64,000 nucleotides of DNA from Hormiphora californensis (taxonomy: Eukaryota > Animalia > Ctenophora): assembly GCA_020137815.1 (NCBI GenBank), contig CM035361.1, positions 3,906,001 through 3,970,000 on the forward strand, in the 5' to 3' direction. Below the pieces are notes generated by a model, which was not told the origin of the DNA, ran no database searches, and was given only the letters and a program-made list of their open reading frames with translations. Of this stretch, positions 25,521 to 38,596 are shown piece after piece (position 1 is the first letter of the stretch; each line of letters begins with the position of its first letter). The position numbers and the translations under genes were made by a program.

Positions 25521-27420
25521 TGTGTGTGTGTTTCTGCATATGTTACTAATTGGATATGGTGCTGTATATGATTGCAGCCAGGGTGCTCTCTGAGTAGGAC
25601 ACTCCACAATTCTCACTATCAACTGCATACGTGAATGCAGCACCCTCGATCCACGCCAAACAAATAAAACACATATCTTCCTTCGTCTCTCCATCATCCA
25701 GCTCTTTCCTTATCTTCAACTTCCAGGCATCTTTAGACTTCATATACTTCCCCTCTCCATTCACCCACTGCAGAGCGGTTCCATTGAAGTTAGCCAGGGC
25801 AGTACCAACAATATCTCCCTTGTTCTCCAGTTCCATCCCGTATTTCCTAGCAGTGACGTCACACCACGCCCTCCCGGCTACCTTGTCTCCCTTCTTCCTG
25901 TACTTCATTTGGGAGATCGCCGCACTGAACTCCCAGAAAGGAGCATCAGAACACGAAACAGCGACCTGCTCACCCTCGAAACATGGCACACCACCCTCCA
26001 TGTAGTCCATGTATGAGCAATCCTCGATATTAGTAGCTCCAGCGGGACAGCTAGGATTGGTAGCCCCGAATGTGATTTCAGAGGTTCTATCATCGAGATA
26101 CTGATCAGGTGACACAAGTTGACCACCTGAATACCCAAAATGGGAACATATGGTGGTGGCGATAGTGGCGCCTGCATTATCATCACACAGGAAATAAGGA
26201 GTGCCGTTATCCATAGCAATCAGGAGACCGTTAGAGATGTTAGTGCCCATTTGTTCCCCATTGTAAAGGTAAAACATTCTGGAATCACCATCATCACCAT
26301 CACCATCATCACCATTGTCATCATCATTGTAGCTGCAATAGTCCTCCATGCCGCACCCACAAGTCTCATCACTCCCATCTGCACAGTAGGAATAGGAGGA
26401 GGTGTTCTGACACTTGAGAGAATCCATGATACAATAGGTCATGTCAGAGCAGGTGAAGAAGTCATCTCCACAGAGAGCTACAGTATTATTAGAGTCCTTA
26501 TCACCAGATGCTTGTACAGAGATATAGATCATAGATGCATTGCCATAGTCGTTGGATTGATCTGTCCCCTCTATTCGAATAATGGCTCCATTACCCTGGG
26601 ACGTCCACATAGTATTCAGCTCGTTATTGTGTTCCCGCCCAATGCCAGCTATAATCTTGCTCTCCCCGTCCACCAAACTGCCGTTCCTAGAATCGTATAC
26701 CACAACGTGGTCATATTTCGTCAGGTAGGATACTTCGATATCGATTTGGAGATATTGCCAGGAGAAGGATGGGTAGAAATAAAAAAATGTGTTCATGTAC
26801 TTCTCCATGGAGAGAGTGATACTGTGTGCAGTGCTATTAGAAACCTCCTCCCTCAGATTATATGCATCTGATATCTGGGAAGAGATCCAGTCTCTATACA
26901 GGTAAACATCAGCATTGACATCATAATGAATATGTATCACTAGAGTCGTCGGTTCCCCAACTAACTAGAGCCAGCACCTTAGTGGTACCATTACTCTCTA
27001 CAAATAGAGGTCCTCCAGAGTCTCCACTCCAGGTCTTCTTGGTGATTGTAAGGGTCGTCAGCTGTGCATATCATACCCTTCTCGATCCATCCAGTGGGCC
27101 AGTTATCCACACAATCAGAATAGTTCATGAACTGGTACTCAATGTATTGGAGGGTATCAGCAAGAGATCCGTTCTCCGTGACACCCCATCCCGCCACAGT
27201 GACAGCAGATCCACCTGCTTGGAGGGAGTCAGTCACCAGTCACTGGGAGATCTATAGCCTGCACTGTATCAGAGAAGGTAATGTTTTCAGAGAGCGTTAT
27301 AACTGCAACATCAGCGACTATATCATATTTATCATAATCTGGGTGAGGGTTGACCGCCTCTGCACGGTACATCACCTCACCATCCTCAGAGTCAGCATTG
27401 TGATCACCAAGATACACCTG

Positions 27421-28260
27421 GGAGAGAGAGAGAGAGTCAGAGAGCTGCGAGCGCGAGCGCGTAGCGCTAGCGCGAGCTCGAGCGCGATGCGCGAGCGCGA
27501 GCGCGAGCGCGAGCGCGAGCGCGAGCGCGAGCGCGAGCGCGAGCGCGAGCGCGAGCGCGAGCGCGAGCGCGAGCGCGAGCGCGAGCGCGAGCGCGAGCGC
27601 GAGCGCGAGCGCGAGCGCGAGCGCGAGCGCGAGCGCGAGCGCGAGCGCGAGCGCGAGCGCGAGCGCGAGCGCGAGCGCGAGCGCGAGCGCGAGCGCGAGC
27701 GCGAGCGCGAGCGCGAGCGCGAGCGCGAGCGCGAGCGCGAGCGCGAGCGCGAGCGCGAGCGCGAGCGCGAGCGCGAGCGCGAGCGCGAGCGCGAGCGCGA
27801 GCGCGAGCGCGAGCGCGAGCGCGAGCGCGAGCGCGAGCGCGAGCGCGAGGCGAGCGCGAGCGCGAGCGCGAGCGCGAGCGCGAGCGCGAGCGCGAGCGCG
27901 AGCGCGAGCGCGAGCGCGAGCGCGAGCGCGAGCGCGAGCGCGAGCGCGAGCGCGAGCGCGAGCGCGAGCGCGAGCGCGAGCGCGAGCGCGAGCGCGAGCG
28001 AGCGCGAGCGCGAGCGCGAGCGCGAGCGCGAGCGCGAGCGCGAGCGCGAGCGCGAGCGCGAGCTCTAGCGCGAGCGCGCGAGCGCGAGCGCGAGCGCGCA
28101 GCGGCTCGAGCGCGAGCGCTATCTCTATCTCTATCTCTATCTCTATCTCTATCTCTATCTCTATCTCTATCTCTATCTCTATCTCTATCTCTATCTCTAT
28201 CTCTATCTCTATCTCTATCTCTATCTCTATCTCTATCTCTATCTCTTTCTCTATCTCTCT
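27421..28260. repeat. Compound microsatellite (GA)n-(GCGAGC)n-(ATCTCT)n filling protease intron 2
   Basis: Seen directly. Confidence 0.9.
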
Positions 28261-28629
28261 CAACTAACCATAACATTATATGGTTCCACTGTATAGCCAA
28301 CATAGGTATCATCAAGGTATGACGTCACGCAATGGGCAGCAGTTAGGATATGACGTGGTCCGATGATGGATCCACCGCAGGTCCAGGAATACGTGTAGCC
28401 AGCGTAGTAGGTGCCAGCCATTCCCCATCGATCCACAACAGACAACCGGACCTGCATCATGTTATTAGTTGATTAGTCGACTAATCTGTTACGTTTGGAC
28501 CCTGAATTACCGGTCCCCAATTTACCTAACTCTCAGGCCTCAGCGGGTGAATATACCCCGCCCGCCATAAAAAGTAAGGATGGTTTGCCGCTAAAGCTAT
28601 TAATCATAGCCTAAATGATGCTATGATTG

Positions 28630-29301
28630 TAAAAAGGGGAACTGCACCATAAAAGGGGAACCGTACCATAAAAGGGGAACTGTACCATAAAAGGGAACTG
28701 TACCATAAAAGGGAACTGTACAATAAAAAGGGAACTGTACCATAAAAGTGGAACTGTACCATTCAAGGGAACTGTACCATAAAAGTGGAACTGTACCATA
28801 AAAGGGAACTATACCATTCAAGGGAACTGTACCATGAAAGGGGAACTGTACCATAAAAGGGGAACTGTACCATAAAAGGGGAACTGTACCATAAAAGTGC
28901 AACTGTAACATAAAAGGGAACTGTACCATAAAAGGGGAACTGTACCATTCAAGGGAACTGTACCATAAAAGGGGAACTGTACCATAAAAGGGAAATGTAC
29001 CATTAAAGGGAACTGTACCATAAAAGGGAACTGTACCATAAAAGTGGAACTGTACCATAAAAGGGGAACTGTACCATAAAAAAGGAACTGTACGATAAAA
29101 GGGGAACTGTACCATAAAAGGGGAACTGTACCATAAAGGGGAACTGTACCATAAAAGTGGAACTGTACCATAAAAGGGGAACTGTACCATAAAAGAGGAA
29201 CTGTACGATAAAAGGGGAACTGTACCATAAAAGGGGAACTGTACCATAAAAGGGGAACTGTACCATAAAATGGGAACTGTACCATAAAAGGGGAACTGTA
29301 C
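28630..29301 (-). repeat. 18-19-bp minisatellite derived from the protease exon1 donor junction
   Basis: Minus-strand unit cagttcccttttatg|gta versus the true junction caattcccttttatg|gtaaag; about 35 copies. Confidence 0.88.
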
Positions 29302-29810
29302 ACAATAATTACGTCACTTTACCATAAAAGGGAATTGTCCTCTAGCTGCATCATCACCGTAGAAAATTCTTGCATTTTTATCTGTTTCCTTCGGCACCTC
29401 TTCAGCAACTTGTTTTTCAGTGAGGTTTAGTTTCCGTTTTAGTTTGCAGTTAGTTACCGACAGTAACACCGACAAAATGAGCAATAACTTTGTCATTGCT
29501 TAAGGTATATTTTCATGAGAGGGGTTCTGGCAAACAAAATCAAAATACAGAAATAAGTAAGTTCTTTGAATTCAACAAAATACAGATATAGAACTGAAAG
29601 GGCAAATCGTTGATATCTTATAGACGGGGATATAAAGTGTGGCAGCTATAGCATTGGCAACGGACTAGGCTCCATGATAGTATTAGTATATAGCTATGAG
29701 AATGCGGAAGAATTTCTTAAAACAACAAAGGGATTTGTTTATTTAATTTGCTATCGATCTGCTGCAGGTCTTGTTATATACATATTAGGACTGGACCCCG
29801 TCTCAATGAC

Positions 29811-32629
29811 TCTATTAATCCATGTGATTTGGGTAAATAATCAGGCCAACCAGGAATTTTGGGGGGGACGGCTAATTCCTTCACTAATAGTTAGTCTAAG
29901 AGGTCCTTATGTACCAAAAAAAAGTTTTAAATCTGAAGTGGTGGGGAAGACCCCTATAATTGGTCTTAATTGGCACTAACTGGATATTCCCATAACTTGG
30001 CTTAGAAATGGAGTAGAGACAAAAGTAAGGACACTAAAATGTGTAGAATCATCACATTATAGGGGGTAGAGACCATTATTGAGTCGATATCTCCAATACT
30101 AATTGAGATAATTGAGTTAATTGGATAATTCATGCTGCGCATGCCGCATGGTTGCCGAATACAAATCCTCTTAGAATAGGAGTAGAAATGAAAATAGGGA
30201 CACTAAACTGTGCAGCGTCCTCGTATTAGTGGGGGTAGACACCCATGAAAAGTTCCTATCTCAATTGGTTAATTGGACAATTGGATAATTAGATATTCGC
30301 ATATCCGTATTAGTCTATTAGATATTCAGCAGACCATATACGATACCCTGAGACTCTAAGAGCCTCCTACATACCCCTAGTACCCCCCTAAATACCCCTC
30401 AGACCCTGCTAGATACCTATTACACTCTATTAGATGCCCCTCAAAGCTTCCTAGATAGCCCTTACAGCTCATTGGGTAACCCTTTTACCTTCCTATACAC
30501 CCCTCAGACCCTGCGAGATGCATTTTAGATCTTCCTAGATACCCCTAAAACTCTCCAAGATACAAATAAGACTCTACTAGATACCCCTTAGACCCCGTTA
30601 GATACCCATAAAATCCTTCTAGATACCCCTCAGATCTTCATAGATACCCCTAGTACCTTCCTGCACTGGGCACCCCTCAGATCTCAGACCATTTACGATA
30701 CCAATCAAACATCATTAGATACCCCTCACAGCTCCCTAGATACCTTCACAGCTCCTTAGATAGCCATTTTACCCCTCTAGATACCCATCAGACCCAGCTA
30801 GATACATATCAGATCTTGCTAGATACCCCTGAACCCCCAAAGATACCCCCAGAAATCAGAATATACTAGATTCATACCCCCTTAGACACCATTAGATATC
30901 TGTCAGACCCTTCTAGATACCCCTCCAGCTCCTTAGATAAGCCTATAACCATCCAAGACACCCCAAGAGCTTCCTAGATACCCCTCACAACTTTTTAGAT
31001 ACCCTAATAGACTCCCAGACACACCCATACCCCAGAAACCCTCCACTAGATAGCCCACTGAGGTGTGAGGAGTGTCTAAGAAGCTCTGAGGGGTACGGTA
31101 TCTAGAAGGATCTGAGTGGTATCTGATTGTGTCTAAGGGGATATAGTAGAGTCGGATACCCGTCAGACCCTTCTAGATACCCTTCAGAGCTTCATACCTG
31201 ACCCTGGGCCTACTAGATACCCATTACACCCTATTAAATACCCCTCAAGCCTCAAAGCTTCATATACATGCCCCTCACAGCTCCTATTAATCCTACTAGC
31301 CTCCTAGACATCCCTCAGACTTTGATCTACCGAACCCACCCAAAGAGTGTGAGCCACACAACGCAGACCCTGCTAGATACCCCTAAAACCCTCCAAGATA
31401 CCTCTAGCTCTCCGACTCTACTATACCCCTTAGACACTATCAGATACCCCTCAGATCCTTCTAGATACCCCTCAGAGCTTCTTAGACACCCCTCAGACCT
31501 CAGAGCGCTATCTAATGGAGGGTTTCAGGGGTATGGGGAGTCTATTAGGGTGTCTAAAAGGGGTGTAATGGGTATCTAACAATCCCAGGGTCGGAGCGGA
31601 GGGGTGTATAGGAGGGTAATAGGCATAGGAGCTGGAGGGGTATCTAGAAGGGTCTGACAGATATCTATCTAACGGGGTCTAAGGGGGTTTCTAGTAGCTT
31701 CTGGGGTATCTTTGGGGCGTTCAGGGGTATCTAGCAAGATCTGATATGTATCTAGTAGGGTCTAATGGGTATCTAGAGGGGTAAAATGGCTATCTAAGGA
31801 GCTGTGAGGATATCTTTGAAGATCTGAGGGGAATCTAGAACGATTTTAGAGGTATCTAACGGGGTCTAAGGGGTATCTAGTACAGTCTAATGTGTATCTT
31901 GGAGAGTTTCAGGGGTATCTAGGAAGATCTAAAATGCATCTAGCAGGGTCTGAGGGGTGTATAGGAAGGTAAAAGGGTTATCCAATGAGTTGTAAGGGCT
32001 ATCTAGGAAGCTTCGAGGGGCATCTAATAGATTGTAATAGGTATCTAGCAGGGTCTGAGGGGTAGTTAGGAGGTTACTAGGGGTATGTAGGAGGCTCTTA
32101 GAGTCTCAGGGTATCGTATATGGTCTGCTGAATATCTAATAGGCTAATACGGCTATGCGCATATCTAATTATCCAATTATCCAATTAACCAATTGAGATA
32201 GGAACTTTTCATGGGTGTCTACCCCCACTAATGCGAGGACGCTGCACAGTTTAGTGTCCCTATTTTCATTTCTACTCCTATTCTAAGAGGATTTGTATTC
32301 GGCAACCATGCGCGGCATGAATTATCCAATTAACTCAATTATCTCAATTAGTATTGGAGATATCGACTCAGTAATGGTCTCTACCCCCTATAATGTGATG
32401 ATTCTACACATTTTAGTGTCCTTATTTTTGTCTCTACTCCATTTCTAAGCCAAGTTATGGGAATATCCAGTTAGTGCCAATTAAGGCCAATTATAGGGGT
32501 CTTCCCCACCACTTCAGATTTAAAACTTTTTTTTGGTGCATAAGGACCTCTTAGACTAACTATTAGTGAAAGAATTAGCCGTCCCCCCCAAAATTCCTGG
32601 TCCTTACCCTAATCACATGGATTATATAG
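29811..32629. mobile_element. ~2.8-kb foldback element
   Basis: Arms accaggaattttgggggggacggctaatt (29849) / aattagccgtcccccccaaaattcctggt (32601), with further outer symmetry; the interior is a degenerate ctagatacccc satellite in mirror orientation. Outer ends approximate. Confidence 0.85.
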
Positions 32630-32941
32630 AAGTATATCATGATAGTAGATGAGTTATAGAAGAGAGATTAATCTGCCGAGCCCTCACACAAGTGATGTCA
32701 CCCTATATGCAGTCACACAAATCACATTGACTCATCTGATACCCTTTCTGAGTATATCATCGAGCCGGGGTAAGTCAGAAGGGGTATGTAGACACGTGCG
32801 GCACTGGAGAAGACACATGTGTGTCAATATTATAGTAAAACGGGGGTAAACGGTCTACCACGGACCACGGTATACTGTACATATTTTTTGAGTAAGGGGA
32901 AAGAGTGTGACTCAACAAGTACATTTAGAACTCCAAACATA

Positions 32942-33656
32942 CTGTGTGTTTTTAAATGACTGAGACTGTTCAAATCGACATAGCGTCAAAAGTTGTGAAT
33001 ATTTTGCTATGAAATTTTAGGACAAGGTAGATGGCTACCTGCCATTTATTGTACTCGAATTTCAGCAAAATCGGTCGTTCCTGAATGAACCTGTAGCCCA
33101 AAAACCTCCTCTAACTTTGAGCGCTCAGATCTCTGCAACCTGATGAGGTAGAGAGCTCAAACTTTCACAATATGTTCATTAGACAATTTACCAACTTTTG
33201 GCTGCTTGGTTTGGCGATATCTTTTTTAGTTCCTTCGCAGGAACACGGCAAAGTGGTGTAAGTCGGCCTAATTGGTAGCATTTTTGCACTCAGGTATCAC
33301 GTATCGCGTGTCTTACTGGGGGTAATCAGCCCCCAGCCATGTGTTACACCGATTCTGTAATTGGTTCTGAGTGTGGCAAAGTGTGGCGCTTCGTCAGCAG
33401 ACGTGATCATATTGTCTGAAATCGTTGACAAGGTCACGTGACTAGCTGTGGTAGGGCGCTTCGTCATGACAAGAGAGAGAGAGAGGGAGAGAGAGAGAAA
33501 GAGATAGCGAGAGAAATAGAGTGAAAGGAAGAGAGTCACATCTTCTTCGTCATGACGAGAGAGTTATACTCAGCAGATAGAGAGAGCGAATCGGTGTCAC
33601 TAGACGTTGTTATATCATGTCGAGATGTTCCACATCTAATCACGTGACCTTGTAAC

Positions 33657-33748
<92 letters not shown>

Positions 33749-34283
33749 AGAATGTAAAGGGAGAGAATTAGAAAAGTTTGTCTGGATTTCAGCTTGTGAC
33801 CGATTTCGGACACTATGATCATGTCTGCTGGCGAAGCGCCACACTTTACCACACTCAGCACCAATTACATAATCGGTGTAACACATGGCTGGGGGCTGTT
33901 TACCTCCAGTAAGACACGTGATACGTGATACCTGAATGCAAAAATGCTCCCAATTAGGCCGACTTACACCACTTTGCCGTGTTCCTGCGAAGGAACTAAA
34001 AAAGATATCGCCAAACCAAGCAGCCAAAAGTTGGTAAATTGTCTAATGAACATATTGTGAAAGTTTGAGCTCTCTACCTCATCAGGTTGCAGAGATCTGA
34101 GCGCTCAAAGTTAGAGGAGGTTTTTGGGCTACAGGTTCATTCAGGAATGACCGATTTTGCTGAAATTCGAGTACAATAAATGGCAGGTAGCCATCTACCT
34201 TGTCCTAAAATTTCAGAGCAAAATATTCACAACTTTTGACGCTATGTCGATTTGAACAGTCTCAGTCATTTAAAAACACACAG
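32942..34283. mobile_element. Long-TIR non-autonomous element with TA TSD
   Basis: TA|ctgtgtgtttttaaatgactgag...ctcagtcatttaaaaacacacag|TA; arms ~480 bp; (GA)n spacer. Confidence 0.88.
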
Positions 34284-34559
34284 TATAATAAAACTCTGAA
34301 CTGAGTAGAAATGGGCAGCAACTTGTTCAACGAGTCACATGGTGCATGCTATTTAGCGTGTACTGCAGCTAACATGCACTACATGCAGAACGAGTGTTTT
34401 AACTTTCCGTCGCGTCAGAGTACGGTCACAGCCTACCTACACCACTGGTAGTTTTCTTGAAGTAAAACTTTATTCAAAAAGGTGGACCGCTTCTTCGTGC
34501 ATTCGAAACGAAGGATGTATGGACACTCTCAATTCTCAAGTAGTTATAAAAAAGTTTAT

Positions 34560-36681
34560 TTATCCAGCTGGATAAAATTCCAGCTGGATAAAATTCGTAC
34601 ATCAGTGTGTGAGGAACAAAGTGATCTGGAGGATAGAGAGGCTCTGAGGACTGATCCAGAATGCAAGCTTGCTCAATTTGAGGAGGTGTCTGTGGAATAT
34701 ATCAAGGGACTCATCAAGGATATGCCTGACAAGACATGTGACCTGGATATCATCCCCACTTGGTTGGTGAAGGGATGTATTCATGAGTTCGCCCCGTGGA
34801 TTACTACGCTGGTTAATGGATCTATTAGGAGTTCGACTGTTCCAGAAGCGTTCCAGCAAGCCCTAGTGTTTCCTACGATAAAGAATGCTCAAGGTGACCG
34901 TGATAGTTTGCAGAACTACCGGCCAGTGTCAAACCTGCTGTTTGTCTCGAAGGTTCTCGAGAAGGTAGTGTTGGATCAATTGACCTGCTACCTGGAGGAT
35001 AACAGCCTACTGAATAAGAACCAATCAGGATATAGGGTTGGCCATAGTTGTGAAACCTTGTTGACTGGTATGTTTGAGGATCTACTTGAGGAAATGGATA
35101 GAGGAAATGTTATGGCACTTCTTTTGCTGGACATGAGTGCTGCTTTTGACACCGTTGACCACACGATGCTGGTCCAAGTGTTGAGTAGTCGATTTGGAAT
35201 ATGTGGAGCAGCGCTGAATTGGTTCGAGAGCTACCTGGGGAGCAGAAGCTACAGAGTCAACGTTCGAGGAAACCTCTCTGGAATTGTCAAGCTAGTATGT
35301 GGTGTCCCACAAGGTTCTCTGTTGGGACCTGTCTTGTTCCTGCTGTATGTGGAAGAACTCCAAGACCTTGTCGAACGGTATGGGCTGAGGATAAAGCTTT
35401 ATGCTGATGACTCACAATTGTACATGAGTCTGGTTCCCCATGATGATGAAGGATGGCTAGCAGTGAAAGGTAACGCTGAAGATTGTTTAAAGGAGGTGAA
35501 GGATTGGATGGTAAAGCACTGGCTGAGGTGCAATGAAGCCAAAACGGAACTATTGTTACTTGGAAAGAGTGGAGCACTAGAGAAGCTAGCCTATGAACCC
35601 TCAATTGTTTTTGGAGGCACGGAAATCTTTCCAGTGGATTTTAAAGGAACTACAGGTAAAACCCTTGGCGTCTACCTTGACAGCCAACTCACTATGGAAC
35701 GACAGGTTAACAGTGTTAAGAGACAGTGTGGTATGATTCTCAGGAACCTTTGGCAAATCAATCGATGTTTGGACCATTCTATGAAGGTCCTCCTTGTCAA
35801 ACAGTTAGTTATTTCGAGGCTGGACTACTGTAACATACTTTATTGTGGACTCCCGAAGAAACACATCAACAGCCTACAGAAAACACTCAACTCTTGTGTT
35901 CGGTTCGTCTATGGTCTACACGGACATCAAGATGATTATACACCTTACCTGAAGGAAATGCATGTCCTTCCTATTGAACAGAGGATTGTGTTCAAAGCCT
36001 GTCTTACAGCTTATAAGGTCGTTCACCGAACTGCTCCAGATTATCTAACCGACAAAGTGCCAGCGTGTGAGGATGTGGAAAGCTTGCGTTTTACGAGAGC
36101 CAATGCTGTTCCGGATGAGTTCAGGCTCCAGTACCCGAAACTCTCGAGTGTCAACGCCAATTCTAAATTGAGGAGAAGGCGACCTTCTGTATTTCTACCC
36201 GGTCTGTAGAATGAACTTCCTTTGGATATCAGATCTCTCCCGTCTGTTGACTCCTTCAAGACAAGACTTAAGACCCGACTCTTCACTGAGGCCTATGGCG
36301 TAAGTACTCCCTGAAGGCTTGTATCAGTTTTTTTCTCCAGTGTGTTTGAAACAGTTGTATCAGTTTTTATTAAGCATTTTTTGAGGGTTTGAAGCACGAG
36401 TGGACAGAGTGTGAAGCAGTGTGAATTTTTTTGTAATCTAAGGATTCTTTTTGGACAGTTTCATCTTTTTATGTCAGTTATTTTCTTCAGTTTTTCCCCA
36501 CGATATGTGAGCCGTTGTAAGTCAGTTTTTCCCCATTATGGTCTTGATAGAGAGTAAATTTCTTCCTAACTTTGTATCCCGCTCTGATTGTCTTTCAGTG
36601 GCAGCAGTTATCCTTTGATCTGCTGCCCCTGGAGGATATGGGCGGAATATAAACACGTCTATTATTATTATTATTATTATT
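34560..36681 (+). mobile_element. 5'-truncated non-LTR retrotransposon, CR1/L2 group
   Basis: RT ORF with NYRPVSNL, QSGYR, LDMSAAFDTVDH, GVPQGSLLGP, YADD; no endonuclease domain present; 3' UTR ends in an (att)n tail at ~36660-36681. Confidence 0.93.
34578..36314 (+). pseudogene. Reverse transcriptase (partial ORF2) with one nonsense codon
   Basis: ORF 34482-36209 continues in frame past the TAG at 36207-36209 as NELPLDIRSLPSVDSFKTRLKTRLF; the conserved LWN.LP Trp has become a stop. Confidence 0.88.
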
Positions 36682-36795
36682 GTAGAAGAACTGGAACTAA
36701 ATCTTCTTTTGTCACAGGAAGACCAATTTTTTCGAACTAAGTGTCCGTTTGGTGTTTTTCTTATCACGGATTAGCATTGTAAATGTGAGGATTAA

Positions 36796-38567
36796 GGGTA
36801 CACCGACCGAAATTTTTTGTCGAGTGCAGGGCAATCTCTCACCGTAGGGTTGTAGGCCATGCCAAGGAGACCTCAAATATGCAATTTGAGCTCTCAAGTC
36901 GAATTCATATTTTTGCTACAGCTGTTTAAAAAATGTCCTGTAAATTCGTTTTTGGCATCTCAAAAATTTTTTTTTAAAGATAGGAGCATGAAAATTTGGG
37001 GATTTGAAGAGGACATGAAGGTGAATAACCACAAAAAATTTTTTTGCAATCCGAGCTGATTTCCGGTCCTGAGATGGATTTCTTTTTTTCCACTTTAACG
37101 CCCTATTTGGCAAAGTTCCGAAAACATGTGAAAGCTGTAAATTGGTGAAAAGTTGCGTCTAACGATTATCTAAGTGGCCATAAATTTTGGGCGTATCCTT
37201 ATTTGAGATAAGCTGTACAGAGTTTTTTTTGTGAAAGCCGTCATTTCAGAAATAAATAAATTCCCTGTATCTCAAAAACGGCTGATCGTAGAGACCTGAG
37301 ACTATGCTTAAACGATTCAGAAGGTCCGATTTTGGGGGGGTCTTCTGAGAGACATTTTGCTCCTACTTCAACCGTTCGCGTTTTTGCTGTAATTGCGAAA
37401 AACAAAAATTCATCTTCGCCATCGTGGATTTTTTGTGATTTTGTTTTTGGTGATTATAGGGACCCATATGGACCAAATAGTGAAGGAATTAGCTTGTTAC
37501 ACATTTTTCCATCGTTTCGGTCCTTTCCTAGCCAAAATTCCCTAATTACAGGATATTGGAGTTTAGCTTTTGCCCTTTTCATAGAATTTGTTTTTCGCAG
37601 TTACAGCAAAAACGGTTGAAGTAGGAGCAAAATGTCTCTCAGAAGACCCCCCCCCCCAAAATCGGACCTTCTGAATCGTTTAAGCATAGTCTCAGGTCTC
37701 TACGATCAGCCGTTTTTGAGATACAGGGAATTTATTTATTTCTGAAATGACGGCTTTCACAAAAAAAACTCTGTACAGCTTATCTCAAATAAGGATACGC
37801 CCAAAATTTATGGCCACTTAGATAAGGTAAGCGGTAAATACTCACTCGGTTCTTCACATTTTTTGGACATTTTTGGCCATAACCCAGCCATTTTTTGACC
37901 AATTTGCAAAATCTTGGGCTCATTGGAAAGAGGACATTGAGACCTTTAAAATGAGCCCTAGAAAATGAAAATCGGCGCAAAATGTGCGGCGTTATGGCGT
38001 AAAATGCGCGTTTTCGCCATAGCGCCGCGCATTTTGCGCCGATTTTCATTTTCTAAAGCTCATTGGAAAGCTCTTAACGTCTTCTTTCCAATGAGCCCAA
38101 GATTTTGCAAATTGGTCAAGAAATGGCTGAGTTATGGCCAAAAACGTCCAAAAAATGTGAAGAACCGAGTGAGTATTTACCGCTTACCCTTAGATAATCG
38201 TTAGACGCAACTTTTCACCAATTTACAGCTTTCACATGTTTTCGGAACTTTGCCAAATAGGGCGTTAAAGTGGAAAAAAAGAAATCCATCTCAGGACCGG
38301 AAATCAGCTCGGATTGCAAAAAAATTTTTTGTGGTTATTCACCTTCATGTCCTCTTCAAATCCCCAAATTTTCATGCTCCTATCTTTAAAAAAAATTTTT
38401 TGAGATGCCAAAAACGAATTTACAGGACATTTTTTAAACAGCTGTAGCAAAAATATGAATTCGACTTGAGAGCTCAAATTGCATATTTGAGGTCTCCTTG
38501 GCATGGCCTACAACCCTACGGTGAGAGATTGCCCTGCACTCGACAAAAAATTTCGGTCGGTGTACCC
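36796..38567. mobile_element. Composite palindromic element with TTAA TSD, Kolobok-like
   Basis: ttaa|gggtacaccgaccgaaatttt...aaatttcggtcggtgtaccc|ttaa; ~375-bp outer arms enclose two separate internal palindromes (~37165-37825 and ~37815-38195). Confidence 0.88.
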
Positions 38568-38596
38568 TTAAGATTAGGATTAGGACTTGCTTGGAA

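Larger units (their letters stand above)
25546..29496 (-). pseudogene. Secreted mosaic serine protease (trypsin + CUB-like + LDLa + SRCR); three frameshifts as assembled
   Basis: Exons 29496-29323, 28451-28269, 27417-25546. Signal peptide, activation site R|IFYG, CGGSII, TAAHC, DVAVI, VAGWG, GDSGGP, VSWG. Downstream LDLa (CGDDFFTCSDMTYCI...CADGSDE) and SRCR-like (LCDD...ICSHFGY) segments. Frame breaks at ~27237 (+7 duplication), ~27045 and ~26930. Could be an intact gene with assembly errors. Confidence 0.8.

Noticed and set aside
27127-28315. Long RE/AL/RA-repeat ORFs and the (GCGAGC)n tract as a functional feature
   Set aside because: Intronic microsatellite; it grades into (GA)n-type sequence and may be partly a base-calling artefact.
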